64,000 nucleotides of DNA. Origin: Oculina patagonica (Eukaryota). Position 1 is the stretch's first letter, and each line of letters opens with the position of its first letter. The translations under genes were made by a program, and so were the position numbers. Positions 12,082 through 25,039 of this stretch are shown one piece after another. Below the pieces are notes generated by a model, which worked only from the letters and a program-made list of their open reading frames with translations, was not told the origin of the DNA and did not search any database. The stretch is from assembly GCF_052425735.1 (NCBI RefSeq), contig NC_135762.1, positions 10,416,001 to 10,480,000 on the forward strand. Direction: 5' to 3'.

Positions 12082-13140
12082 TTATCTTTCAGACGTCGCC
12101 TTTTTAAATGTCACAAGTTCAGCTGGCGACTCTTCTTCTCGTGGTGATACGTTTTTTGTCTTACAACATGAACGAAAATTGGTAACCAAACAAAGGCACA
12201 AGTAAGGCATGCGCAGGGACTGGCGAAAATTGGTGCTAAATGTAAATAAAATTACTGGATTAATTGCTGTGCTAAGCGATGGTAAAGCATAAAAAGCAAA
12301 ACCTAAAATTAACTTGCACTTGTCTTTGATAAAAAGATCAGGGGAAGTCGTTTTGAGAATCAAGTAGACACAATATAAAGAATAACAGATGACAAATGCT
12401 AAAACAATCGATTTAAATATCTTCATTATGTTTTTGGTTTGATTATTTCTGTTTTGTTGGGACTTGCATCTTGTATTTCCTGGATTTGGCCTTTTGTTCA
12501 ATGCGCGCATAATACGCGAATAAATTATGACAATCGTAACTAATGGCAAGACCACAAACAAGACCAAGCCGGTAGTAAAGTAGATTATGCGCGCAGAGCC
12601 ACTCATCGTAAATTTACAGGACATTTGTTGACCAATCTCTCCTGCTCTGTAAAAGAAGCAAAAGGGAACACAATACCCTATCGATATCAACCATGTTGCA
12701 AACAATAAAAGTGCCCTGTGTTTTTCTGTTATCAGTGTCGCTTTCAAGGGATAGATAGTAGCGACAAATCTGTCGACAGCGATCAGCACGAGACTTAGAA
12801 TGGATACCACTAACGAAACCATTCTGAAAAACACTCCAACTTTACACAAAACATTTGCCAAAGATTCTTCGAGTAGACTTCCACTTCTTGTAATGATCTC
12901 GTCAGTAAGGTACATCGGCCAGGTGGTAAAGCTAGCAAGAAAATCAGAAACCGCCATGTTGACATAGTAGTAGTTGGCGCTTGTTCTAAGGCTTGGTGTT
13001 TTGAACACTGAGAAAATCACCAGAATGTTTCCAATGAAAGCTACTGAGCTTATTATAGCCATGGCCGTTGTGAAAAATATAGAAACGGCGTACGGGCATG
13101 AAGAATCCTCACTGGAATTGATGCTAGTGAAGTTGTTCAT
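12082..13140 (-). CDS. Class A orphan GPCR, cluster copy 2
   Basis: 352-aa 7TM ORF with NMAVSDF, CKVG, VDRF, NPVILF; close paralog of copy 3 including flanks; acceptor ...ctacatag| at ~13194. Confidence 0.94.
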   Translation of the reverse strand: MNNFTSINSSEDSSCPYAVSIFFTTAMAIISSVAFIGNILVIFSVFKTPSLRTSANYYYVNMAVSDFLASFTTWPMYLTDEIITRSGSLLEESLANVLCKVGVFFRMVSLVVSILSLVLIAVDRFVATIYPLKATLITEKHRALLLFATWLISIGYCVPFCFFYRAGEIGQQMSCKFTMSGSARIIYFTTGLVLFVVLPLVTIVIIYSRIMRALNKRPNPGNTRCKSQQNRNNQTKNIMKIFKSIVLAFVICYSLYCVYLILKTTSPDLFIKDKCKLILGFAFYALPSLSTAINPVILFTFSTNFRQSLRMPYLCLCLVTNFRSCCKTKNVSPREEESPAELVTFKKATSER

Positions 13141-14962
13141 GATTATGGCTTTTGATTACGTTTTCTCCCGCTATCTTGTTGGTCTTCTTCAACCTATGTA
13201 GCACAATGGAACAAAGAAAAACATTTATCTAGCGAAAATTATTTTGGCTATTATTACTCCGATTTTTTCTTTTCAACAAAATGAGAAAAGCATCCTTTTG
13301 TGTTTTGCTTGTGCTTGAATTTTCTTTTTGTGCTTTGACCTTTTTAGTACCAAAATAACAAAAACATAATTTCTACTCACAGATTACACATCTTTTGTGA
13401 TTTAGTTCGATTTCTTGAGACTTTGGTGTTAATTATAAGGGCTACGTACTGAAAGTTGTTGATTCTGTCAGTACTCAGATGTTCACCGCCTTTTGCTAAT
13501 GGATTTCCATTTTACACAAATCTATATGCAACACTGTCATTACACGGAAATGAAAAATAAATTGCTACAGTTTCAAAAGCCACCGCACGCGAAAAAAAAA
13601 GATACAATGGCAAGTTTGATAACACTTTCTTTTAATGGCCTTTCGCTTTCTTCCATTGCACAGTTGGAAACGAAGAACGCCATCATTATTTGACTCACCT
13701 TAGCTTATAAGGTGGTGACTGCTTAAAATTTGTCTTAGAGTACTTTTTTGTCATAGAAGACTATATATATGGCCAAATAGATGTAATACTTCTGAAGTCA
13801 TGTACAAATTTATCTCTCTTTGAATATAACGACATCGAAGAAAACATTGAGCTAATAGCATCTTATTTTACAGCGGTGTGAAATGAAATTTAAATTTGGC
13901 ATGGAATACAACAGAAAAAACTCTCATCGAGGTGTGTTTTCCTTTATCAAACATAAGCCCGAGAGCAGCTAGTAAAAATTAAGATGGTGGAGTTTCTAAA
14001 ACAGCACGTTTTCAAAGGCTTTTTTTTTCTTATTTGGCGGGCTTTTTTTTTTATCTTATTTAGCATTATTTTTTGTCCATCAATTAGTGAAGTGGTATTT
14101 ATTGACTGGTGAAATAAAAAGGTTAGTTTTGGCGGCTAGGCTGTGCTAACAGCTATGAAGTTGTCTCATTCACCTGAATCCAATATTTTTTATCTTCATA
14201 AGTATACCTTCAGTTGTAAATGATATTTTAAATTCCCTTATGAATAATCGTTGGATTCCATTTATTAGCTTTCAATAAACAGTTTTGTTGACACACATGG
14301 TTTTTACCTTAAAGGAGAAGTTCACTCCAGAATGGCCATCTATTTTCTTTACGCCATTAAAAAGTTTACACAAAGATATGTTATTCACCAAAATTTTCGC
14401 CTCCAACGTTCGCTTTAACCCTACAAAATCTTTCCCAAAACATGACAACTGAACGCCGCCATCTTGGAGCTGGTAATGTATGCGTGACGTCAAAGAGCTC
14501 AGCCTGAAGTTTGGCGGGAAAATTTAATAGTCGTTAGTCGCCCTTTTAATGTAATGCAAGTTATTGTAGCGTAAGAGTAATGTTAGTAACTGTTTTGTAA
14601 GTGATGTAAGTCATCGAATTGTCAGTAGTACTTTCTGTGTTCTGCGATAAAAAAAAATGAGAGATCCCAGTAATAGCACTCAACAGTTGCCCAGGACCTA
14701 CAACGGCACGATACTTGATAATCAAAACTGATGTCAGTGGAGTTGTTTCATAATGATGGTTCTTGTTAAAGTTCAGTCCTGCCATCTTCTTGGCCATCTT
14801 TAACTTGAAATTAATAGCACAACAAGAAAATGCTTTCTCGATTAATCTTCTTTTGGCTATTTCGCTCTGAAGTTTTTCTCTTTTTTGCGAGAATAATTCT
14901 GAGAAAATCAAGGTGGCAAAAACTTCCATTTGTGTTTTCCCTGTGCTTCAATTTTGTTTTAA

Positions 14963-15476
14963 CCCTCGGACGTACAGGGGGGGGGGGGGGGGGGGGTGGA
15001 TGCCACACCCCATAAGGTTTTTTTCCAAATTTTGAAAAAAAAAAACGATTTACTCTACAATGCTAAAACTTTCGGTAGCTGCTCATTCATCCTTTGCGGA
15101 AATTTTGATATGTCAACCATGTGTCCATGGTATTTGACGTTGCCATGGCAACGTCATAAATACAAGCAGGTCTTGCCAAAAATCGTCATTTTTACCATTT
15201 TTCTTCATTTTTTCCAGTTTTTTTTTTAAACAGAAGTGCAAGTTGTGTTTATTTTTACATTATGTAAGCATTCTGGCTTGATTTTGCATCAATTTCCGTT
15301 ATTTTCTGACTTTCTAAGAAAATGTTAAAATCCAAGATGGCGGATCCAAGATGGCGGCTATTATGTGATCTTGTAGAGTAAGCTAAGGGCTTTCTTCTCA
15401 GTTCAAAATAATTTCGCTACGCCTTAATATAACGAAAACGATGGTGGTGGTGTGAGTTTGCTTGTACGTCCGAGGG
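14963..15476 (+). mobile_element. piggyBac-like MITE, family A copy 2
   Basis: Same TIRs and TTAA duplications as 3766-4308, with colinear internal sequence. Confidence 0.88.
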
Positions 15477-15956
15477 TTAATGCTTTAACACTACTGTCAT
15501 AACCAATAAATCAAAACAACAATTCTATCACTCATGTCACACCTCTCTTCTGTTCCGAGAATTTGGTGTCATTACTCCCGTTACTGGTTTGCTTGATTAA
15601 TGTAGTAATGTTGTAAGTGCTCAAAAGCCACCCACTTTTGGCTAATGTATGTGTTTTCCTCAACTTATTAATTAAGTTACAACATTGTCATTTGTAAAAA
15701 TTAAGGTTGGTCAGAGAAATAAGTATACTTGTTTTGATTCCTTACATAACTAAATTCGAAAAGAGGGAAAATAACTGGATCACCTTAAAAAAAGGCTATG
15801 AACAATAGCATTTAAAGTTCGAGCTGACTTCACCTGTGTTATGATACATAGGATTTTATTGTATTTATTAAGAAAAGATGACTTAATTATATTTTAACAT
15901 AAAGTTCCTGAACATTATCACACTTCCGTCCGTAACAGACCCGGTGGTAGGTACTA

Positions 15957-16129
15957 CAGTGGCGGATCCAGACCTTCAGGTAGGTGGGGGGGGGGGGGGG
16001 GCCCGATCATCCACACCCTGGAATGAGAGGGGGGGCCCGCTCAAAAATATTTTGTCTCGGGCCTTAGTTTTACCGAAAAATAAGGTGGGGGTCCTGGATT
16101 CCCGGGCTCATTCCCTAGATCCACCACTG
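15957..16129. mobile_element. MITE with CAGTGG termini and 5-bp target duplication (hAT-like)
   Basis: TIR cagtggcggatc / gatccaccactg with TSD tacta; the paralogous site downstream of GPCR copy 2 (~11840-11862) lacks the insertion. Confidence 0.8.
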
Positions 16130-16361
16130 TACTAGATGATCATTTCACAATGGCCTTTCAATTTTCCCACACAAACTATTATGATAGACAAAATCACCGA
16201 GTTTTAAACCGTGGCAACAGAAAATGCCTCTGTACGGTTAAATTGTTGGAAAATTTCCGCCAATATATGAGCCGCAATTATTCTCTAGGGAATTTCAAAA
16301 AGAATCGTTTGACTTCTTTGATAAGTTGTGAATAAGGGGGACATTATTTTTTTTCCCTAGT

Positions 16362-17414
16362 TTAAGATGACGTCTTTTTGAATGTCACAAGTTCTTCTGG
16401 CGACTCTTCTCGAGATGATACTTTTTTGGTCTTACAGCGTGAACGAAATTTGGAAAACGAACAATGGCATAAGTAAGGCATGCGCAAGACCTGGCGAAAA
16501 TTGGTGCTAAATGCAAATAAAATTACTGGATTAATTGCTGTGCTTAGCGATGGCAAAACAAAATTAGCAAAACCTAAAATCAACTTGCAGTTGTCTTTGA
16601 TAAAAAGATCAGGGGATGTGATTTGGAGAATCAAGTAGACGCAATAAAAAGAATAGGAGATGAAAAACGCTAAAACAATCGATTTGAATATCTTCATGAT
16701 GTTTTTGTTTTGATTATTTCTGTTTTGTTGAGACCTGCATTTTGTATTGAACTCTGGTTTTGGCCTTTTGCTCAATGCACGCATAATACTGGAATAAGTT
16801 ATAATAATCGTAAGCAATGGCATGACCACGAACAAGACTAAACCGGTAATATAGTAGATCATGCGCGCAGCGCTATTCCAGCCAAATTTACAGTATTTTT
16901 CGTGACCAACCTCTTTAACTCGAAAATAGTAGAACATAGGAATGCAGTACACGTTCGATATTAACCATGTTCCAAACAATAAAGTAGCCCTAAGTTTCTG
17001 TGTAATCAGCGTCACTTTCAGGGGAAATACAGTAGCGATGAATCTGTCGACAGCGATCAGCACCAGGCTTAGAATGGATACTATAGACGATACCATTCTG
17101 AAAAAAACTCCCACTTTACACAAAACAGTCGCAAGAAAACCTTCGAGTAGACTTCCACTACTTGTAATGATTTCGGCGGTAAGGTACAACGGCCAGGTGG
17201 TAAAACTAACAATAAAATCAGAAACCGCCATGTTGATATAGTAGTAGTTGGTGCTCGTTCTTAGGCTTGGTGTTTTGAACACTACAAAAATAACCAAAAA
17301 GTTTCCAATGAAAGCTGCTGAGCTGATTATAGCCATAACCGTTGTGAAGAATATAGAAACGGCGTACGGGCATGAAGAGTCGCCATTAGAACTGATGTGA
17401 GTGGAATTGTTCAT
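16362..17414 (-). CDS. Class A orphan GPCR, cluster copy 3
   Basis: 350-aa 7TM ORF with the same motifs (NMAVSDF, CKVG, VDRF, NPVILF). Confidence 0.94.
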   Translation of the reverse strand: MNNSTHISSNGDSSCPYAVSIFFTTVMAIISSAAFIGNFLVIFVVFKTPSLRTSTNYYYINMAVSDFIVSFTTWPLYLTAEIITSSGSLLEGFLATVLCKVGVFFRMVSSIVSILSLVLIAVDRFIATVFPLKVTLITQKLRATLLFGTWLISNVYCIPMFYYFRVKEVGHEKYCKFGWNSAARMIYYITGLVLFVVMPLLTIIITYSSIMRALSKRPKPEFNTKCRSQQNRNNQNKNIMKIFKSIVLAFFISYSFYCVYLILQITSPDLFIKDNCKLILGFANFVLPSLSTAINPVILFAFSTNFRQVLRMPYLCHCSFSKFRSRCKTKKVSSREESPEELVTFKKTSS

Positions 17415-18207
17415 GATGATGACTCTTGTTAATGTTCTGTCCTCTTATCGTGTTGGTCTTCCTCAACCTATATAGCACAATGGAACAGTAAAATTCTATT
17501 TTGCTAAAATTTATCTGGCTATTTTCCTCGCAAGTGTTTCTTGATGACAATAACTCCAAGAAACTCATCCGAAACTCAAGAGCGCATTGATGCCCTTTGT
17601 TTTTAATCTGTGCTTCTATTTTGCTTTGTGCATTCACCCTTTCAGTACCAACGTCTGTTGTGCGGCATCATCAATTAAAACAGTGACTGTGCGCCTTAAA
17701 AATAAGTTGCTTTACTCTCGTTACACGCTATGATGAATATACTGATACTGTCAGTAAACAGATGTTCACCACTTTTCGCTAATGGGTTTCTATTTCCCAA
17801 AGCTTATTCTGTATGCAAAACTCTCATTGCACGGAAATGAAAAATATATAACTTCAATTACACAAGCTACCACAAGCGAATAAGTGACTTATTTAGACAA
17901 ATTAAGACACCTGTTTTTAATGCTCTTTGGCTTTTTTGCATAGTACAGTTAACAAAGAACACTCCTTTATTATTTGACTTAGATTTTAACACATTGGGAA
18001 CACATTTTTGGTGACTCTAAGTTATATTCTGGTTCTTTGAATTCAAAGAAAACCATTAATATTGCGAAATAAATCAACGCTTTTCGAGTAATAAACAAAG
18101 TTAGTGGTGTGTTTTACAGTCTGAATATAACATTATGATAGCATTTTCACACGTGATGTAAAAACAAAATTTAACTTGCCTCCGAGGCTTGCAGGAGTAA
18201 AAAGAAG

Positions 18208-18698
18208 TAGTCGAAGCTCTCTTAACGGACCCTCTCGCAAGCGGACAGCTCTACTTACGGCCGCCTTGTTTGAAACCCCGTTTTAACTCCCATACAAACA
18301 TTTATTTCTACATTCTCGTAAGCGGACATTCCCGTAAGCGGCCGCGGACACTTAAAGAGATTACGACTTAGACTTTTTCGTTGTTTTTAAGCTTCTTTAA
18401 GTGGACACCCCACAGAAAATGCTATTATCATCCTCTGCATCTTGTGTTTATCAATCAACTTCACATCTCCGTTCGTCACAATGACTGTAAAGTAATTACA
18501 GTACCATATTTTAGTGCTTGTTTTGTCGTCATCCACGTCCGTCCGGTTATTGTCAGCAGGTCAAGCTCCCTTAAGCGGCCGTTTATCCCCTATACCTCTA
18601 GTGGCCGCTTACGAAAACCATTCTCGTAAGCGGTCAGCTCCAGTTACGGACACTTTTTTTCTTGTCCCAAAGGTGTCCGCTTACGAGAGCTTCGACTG
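18208..18698. mobile_element. Tc1/mariner-like MITE
   Basis: TIR (t/c)agtcgaagctctc / gagagcttcgactg followed by TA; internal cgtaagcgg / ccgcttacg sub-terminal repeats. Confidence 0.75.
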
Positions 18699-19689
18699 TA
18701 TATCTCATTAAGGAGTTTCCAGTTATCGCCCAAAGCCCTAGTGTCGGCCAGTGAGCAATTAGTTTGGTTAAGTTTGTAAAACGTTGTTTTCAAGACCTTT
18801 TCTACTTTTAGCGGGCTTTTCATTTCCGGTTTTTGACGACATTCGAACTGCCCATCGAATAAATGAAGCACTTTAATTGACTGATGCATTACAAGTCTAC
18901 TTTTGGCTACGATAGGTCAACATTTACTTGGTTGTCTCATCGACCTGAATACGCTTATCTTTCCTGAAAACTATACCAGCTGTATACCTTATGTTGTAAT
19001 ATTTTAAATTCCCTTATGAATGATTATGGCATTCTAGGGAGAGCCCCTGTTACAACATTCATGTAACACTAATTTATTTATGTTTTCTCCCCTTCATCCC
19101 ATTAACACATGACTCAATGCTGCATATCCTGAAGCTAGTTTGCTGGGCCCAAATACCTTAATGGAACACAACACACCAATGTTGGAGTTTAATGGCTATG
19201 AACAAAGGCCCATAGCCGCTTTAATAAAATAATTGTTTTGAAATCATTATCGATTCACATGGAACAATAGCAAAATTTTTCCTGGCCCAGTAAAGGTGAG
19301 GGCACTCAAAAACGAAGCTGCATAACAACAATCCAAAGCACCACTGAGAAGACAAAATGAGGGGAATGTCGGGTGGGAAAAAACACTCTTCACCCAGCAA
19401 GTCAAAGAATAGAATGACGCGCGCGAAAGCAATCGACTGTGTAATAGTAACGCATGCCCCCATCGGGGGTATCCTTTGATTTAGTGCCATGACTCCTCAG
19501 CATATGCCCGGATAATGTCACGCAACTCGTAACGCAACAGAATAATTTACATAAAAATGGAAAGGGAAAAACATAAAAATCCTATTCGCAAGCAAATATT
19601 CCATTTATTATAGATAATAATGCATGGCTGAATTGCAAACCTTTAGCTTTAGCTACACTAGTGATTGAAGAAATTGTTTCTTATATTTT

Positions 19690-19885
19690 TTCTTTAAGGT
19701 GATTTGACGCTTTTTATATCTGCTGGAAGGGTGTTCCATGTTTGTTGTCCCTTATATATTACGGTATATTTTTTATAATTTGGTTGTCAGGTGGATAGTC
19801 TACACGAATTTTTGACTTTTGAAGTTTTGAATTTTTTGATCTCGTGTTATGTCAATGAAACCGGTTAAATGTATGGCATTTTCTT
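19690..19885 (-). mobile_element. Decayed LINE (CR1/L2-type) ORF2 C-terminal remnant
   Basis: Minus strand reads H*HNTRS ... YTVIYKGQQTWNTLPADIKS with stops and frameshifts, matching the HNTR...G..WN.LP motif of CR1/L2 ORF2 tails. Confidence 0.5.
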
Positions 19886-20109
19886 AAAGAATTTAATGCT
19901 ATTGCTTCTTTATTTTATTTCATCTATTAGTAAGATGGATAATTTTTTGAATAAATGGCCTGTGTGATCTCTGTAACTCGAAAATGTCATAATTCTAATT
20001 ATTTTCTTTTATGAACGGAGAAACAGTTTAAAGCTGCCTAAATCAAACGGCTATGAATTTTGTTTTGTTAAAGGTGTGAACAGGACTTTAATTTTTGACA
20101 TAATCACAT

Positions 20110-21150
20110 TCAACTCATCATGTTTTTTAATGTCTCTAGTTCTGGCAGGGTTTCCTCTCCTTGACGAGGTGACGTGTTTTGTGTTTTACAACATGGACGA
20201 AATTTGCAAAACGAAAAAGCACAAAGCTCAGACAGAGCTTGACGAAAATTAGTGCTAAACGAAAATAGAATGACCGGATTGGTTGCTGTGCTTAGCAGTG
20301 GTACCACATAATGAGCAAAACCCAAAATCCACTTGCATCGGTCTTTTACAAAAAGTTCAGGAAAAGTGATTTTGAGAATCAAATAAACGCAAAACAGAGA
20401 AAACCATACGAACAACATGACGACTATTGACTTAAATATCTTCATTATGTTTTGGTTCTGCTTATATCTGTTCTGTTCGACATTGCTTCTTCTAGCATTG
20501 AATTCTGGGTTTAGTCTTTGCCTTAAAGCTCGCATAATGCGGGAGTAAAGAACGATAATTGTAATCAACGGTATGACTTCGAACAAGGCCAGACCAGTAA
20601 TGTAGTAGATCATGAGCGCAAGGTCATTCCATACGAATTGGCAAAACGTTTCTTGGCCAACGTTTACCACTCTGAAGTAGTAAAACATGGGGATGCAATA
20701 CCCTATCGATATCAACCATGTTCCAAACAGTAGAGCTGCCCTAAACTTTCGTGTTATCAGCGTCGCTTTCAAGGGAAATACCGTAGCGATAAATCTGTCG
20801 ACAGCGATCAGCACCAGACTTAGAATGGACACAATACTCGATACCATCCTGAAAAAAACTCCCACTTTACACCCAAAAGTTGCTAGAGAACCTTGGAGTA
20901 CACTTCCACTGCTTGTTATGATCTCGTCAGTAAGGTACAACGGCCAGGTGGTAAGGCAAGAAAGAAAATCAGAAACCGCCATGTTGACATAGTAGAAGTT
21001 GGTGCTTGTTCTAAGGTTTGGTGTTTTGTACACTGCAATAACCACCAAAATGTTGCCAATAAAAGCTGCTAAGCTGATTATAGCCATGGTTGTCGTGAAG
21101 AATATAGAAACGGCGTTTGGACACGAAGTGATGTTAGTGGAGCTGTTCAT
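20110..21150 (-). CDS. Class A orphan GPCR, cluster copy 4
   Basis: 346-aa 7TM ORF; strong splice acceptor tttttttcttcag| about 10 nt upstream of the ATG. Confidence 0.94.
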   Translation of the reverse strand: MNSSTNITSCPNAVSIFFTTTMAIISLAAFIGNILVVIAVYKTPNLRTSTNFYYVNMAVSDFLSCLTTWPLYLTDEIITSSGSVLQGSLATFGCKVGVFFRMVSSIVSILSLVLIAVDRFIATVFPLKATLITRKFRAALLFGTWLISIGYCIPMFYYFRVVNVGQETFCQFVWNDLALMIYYITGLALFEVIPLITIIVLYSRIMRALRQRLNPEFNARRSNVEQNRYKQNQNIMKIFKSIVVMLFVWFSLFCVYLILKITFPELFVKDRCKWILGFAHYVVPLLSTATNPVILFSFSTNFRQALSELCAFSFCKFRPCCKTQNTSPRQGEETLPELETLKNMMS

Positions 21151-23186
21151 GACTAGTTTCCTGAAGAAAAAAAGGACAAAATATCTTAAATATATTAAGT
21201 TTGGAGTTTGGCATTTTTTTTGACATTTACTAAAATAGCCGAGCTAAACTTCTGTTCATCTAATATCTTTGTTTTAAGCAGTTGCCAGTAAGCCCGTACC
21301 ATCTGAAGCAATTGCGCGAGCGTGCATCCATAATTTGATGGGCGTACCCCATGCTCCATAGAATGGCAGGTGCAAATGGTATTGACACTAAGAAGATTTT
21401 CTTCACTCGCTCTACGCAGAAAATTCCTTGTTAATTTCCAAACTGCATGTAGAACGATAGTTAAGGTCGTGCAAACTTCACAAACTTCACATGGATAAGC
21501 TAGTTCCAGAAAAAAAGAAAACGGAGCAGGTCATTTTTTTTTATTTACTGGAGGTTCAAATGCAACAAACAGTCGCAGACAGGCATTTAGCGAAAACCTT
21601 CTCGATCCAGATCCCGATCGCAACTCGAGTAGCTCTGGTTGCTCTCGACTACGCCTTAAGGAACTCTTGCGCTTTTCTCTAATCTCATGCGTGCATATCC
21701 CGACATCAAAACTCAACGAAGTTTGAAAAATTCTTAAGTACATCTTGCGTCCGGCACACTGCTGAAAATTGATGGCGCAAGTGACGTTGATTAAAAAGTC
21801 ATGCTCCGTGGCGAATGGTGCATTGAGGAAATGCGGTGGCTTAATTGCCAATACGAAATCATACATCGGAATATTATAAGGTTATTATAATCGAGTCTGT
21901 ATTGAGAGGGATGTGAAGATCGCGAGCCTAACTTGAGTTATTAACACTACAGCATAATTCACACACAAGTAACCGTCCTAAAAATCAATTACTACTTTTT
22001 AGTTGAGCTAACATCACAACAGTATAACGCAGATGAAAACAAAGGTGAAATATAAAAAAATGCAAATAGATACTGAATTTTGTTTCTCTTTAATTTTGTT
22101 TTGTTGATGTTGTTGTTTTTGTTGATAGATGTAAACAGGCTATATTTCACTTAACAACAATTCTGTGAGCTGCGATTAGCGGTGAAAAAGAACACCCTCG
22201 GATGCTATTTAGACTCGAGATAATTTGTTATTGTTATTCAAATCATTGCTGTTTTGTCTCAGCGAAAATTCAAAATAATTATATTTAATACATTAGTTGA
22301 AATTAAAACACTATGTTGTTTCGGAGATAGGTCAATAACATGTTTAGACCCCGCAAAAAGGACATTCATTTGAACGTTTAAACATCAACTGAACTATTTC
22401 CAAGGACAAAGCGAAGCTATTATCGATTTCTTTCAATATTGTATAGAAAGTAAACAAATACAGTATTTAATATTTCTAAAATGATCGTCGTGTTCCATAT
22501 TCATTTTGTAGCCATCCTCTATATATCTGTAGCTAGTTGCGGCATGTTAGAAAAGCTAATGAATACCACAAAGCGGTTTTTTTCTTACCTCGTTGAGACT
22601 TAAAAGTTGGTTTAAATTTGCGCCTTTGAAACTCTTTCCTGCTAATGCCTCCTATTGTTTATTCAGGTTGTTTGGTGGACAATGGGATAACTTGCGTTCA
22701 CTAAAAGTGCAAAAAATAATACGTTGATCAGGATAATTATGGGCCGCCACTAATTTTGATGGATTTTATACCAAGCTTGTGAGGATTTTAACTAAATTAA
22801 ATATTATAAAATGAGTGAATGCATGAATTTTGTATGCCGTTGCTGCTAACTGGGTGACCCTGATTAAATATTTTTTGCATCTATACAAACCACAATATTG
22901 CACGGACTCGACGACTTCGTGTCAGAATTTTGTATGGACTGTACTGTTTACGGCTGACTTCTGTTCGTTGTTAATACTTTGTTAATTTTCTCTCATAAAG
23001 TAATATTTCTTGATGTTCTATCGAGACCGCATTAAAATGGCAATAATAAGCGACGTTGTTAAATTTGCGTGGAATAAATATTAGCATAAGCGACTTCTTT
23101 TCATGGTAATAGTAAACACAAAATATAATCTAACACGGGCATACAAATTGCCAAAAGAAAAAGAGAAAGCTTTGCTAAAGAAATAG

Positions 23187-23335
23187 CTTACCTCGAATGA
23201 ACCATCAATGTAGAATTCTGTCCCATGTATGTTAAACGTTAATACGATAATTTTACGCTCTGCAACTCCTCGTCAACTAGATTAACATTCAGTCGATCAA
23301 TCAATCAATCAATCAATTTGACAGCTAAAGCTGTC
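23187..23335 (-). promoter_or_regulatory. Putative non-coding first exon and promoter module of GPCR copy 4
   Basis: Donor gag|gtaag at 23191-23187, then ~95 bp upstream the conserved aacattcagtc(aatc)n..ttgacag block also seen upstream of copies 6 and 7. Confidence 0.55.
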
Positions 23336-25039
23336 ATGTTTTTATGCCAATAAAATCTCACGAACGCTTAGCACGAATACCGTAAAATCTCCCTTGAGCC
23401 AACGAACGTTTAGCAGGTTGCATGCTAGAGGCAAAATATCCTGCAGGAAAGTTATTGTTCACTAAACTGCAGAAATGAAGGAAAGAAAAATACGTTGGTT
23501 AGGGAAGAACTGGAGAGCATATTGACGTACTTGCCAGCACGATATTTCGTAATTGAACAAAAGTGCGTCATGGTGGGTTTAAGTTATTCTGTCAGTTATT
23601 CCATCACGTTCAGCAAAAAGCCGAGTTCATGGTAATTTTTCACGTCGTTGTTCTATCTTCAAATTGGGTACCACATAGCGACAAAAAGGTATTTTTTTTC
23701 TTTTCAATCTCTTCTGCACCACAAATTAATTTTGGGAGCGATTAAAGAAAAAACACACATTCGAAACACTCCAAAACCTTGCTCATGACCTAAACAAGGA
23801 TGTCAACATTCAGTCAATCAATGTATTTGACAGTTAAAGCTTATGCCATTAAAATCCTACCAACGCTGAGCACGTACGCCGTACAAATATTAATTGAGGC
23901 AACGAACGTTTAGCATGATATTAAGGGGAAAAATATCTTGGCGGGATAAACCTTTTCCACCGAAACTGTAGAAATAATAGAAGGAGCAATGCGTTGATTA
24001 TGGCAGAACTCTCTAAAGTACATGTACATGGTAAAAAAAGATAATGATATTATCAGAATCAGATAAATTTGGTAGTCGTAGAATATTACACAATCTCGTA
24101 GTCTTCGTGTGTACTGACTTGTCTTCGTTTTCTTCTCTCAGAATTGTAAGCCGAAAACATTTAAATGCGAGTTAATAGGCTTTTATCTCGTATTCAAATG
24201 TTTTAGGTTTACAATTCTACAACGCTATACAAACTAACTAGTTGTTATGTAACCGTTTCTGTTATTGTTCAGTTAAGAAGATATATTCACCTTGGAGAAG
24301 GATTTCGGTAAGTCAAAATTCTTTTCTGTGGAAAACCGAATTCGGGTTTCAAAATCCAAATCTGGATTTACCGATCGAAAGTGTCTAAAACTATAATAAC
24401 CATTTAGTATGAAATGGACATCCAGTCGTAAGCTGTACGCCTCGCCAGACCAGAAACCTTTCCAAACAGAATAGTTAAAGTTGGGAATGGTCATTCGTTT
24501 TTCATTTACTGCTATAAATTTGAATGTTCTTCTAACTGAGACACCTACCTTGAGTAGCAAACCTCTAAGGTGCACACATTTCTAAGCCAACCTTTCTTTA
24601 TAATGGACCCCTCCATATTGTAAACATCTTTGTTTGGCTTATTCCAGCATAAGGGAACATTTACTTAAGGCGGACGTTAAAGTACCCATAGTTTGAGCGC
24701 TTTAGTTTAGAAACGTTTCATGGTAATATTACATTTGTTCGACTTTAAACTACATACGCAGTACTAGTAAATCGTATGACCTTCGCTTTCGTGTTATTTG
24801 CTTGTTTACACTACATGCCTTTCGTTGAGATTTGTCTTTTTTCGCCGGACAGTGTCATGAGCTATTATAACTATGCATTGTATATTATGCATTTTATATT
24901 TCCGTCCAGACTAGTCAATAAGAGCCTTATAATGAATGTAGTACCTCGTCGAGTCGCCGAGTCCAGGGATAGCGCAGAGGGAAGGGCTAGGGGGGCTTAA
25001 GCCCCCCTCCCCCCCACTTTTGTGCAAAAAATAAATTAA

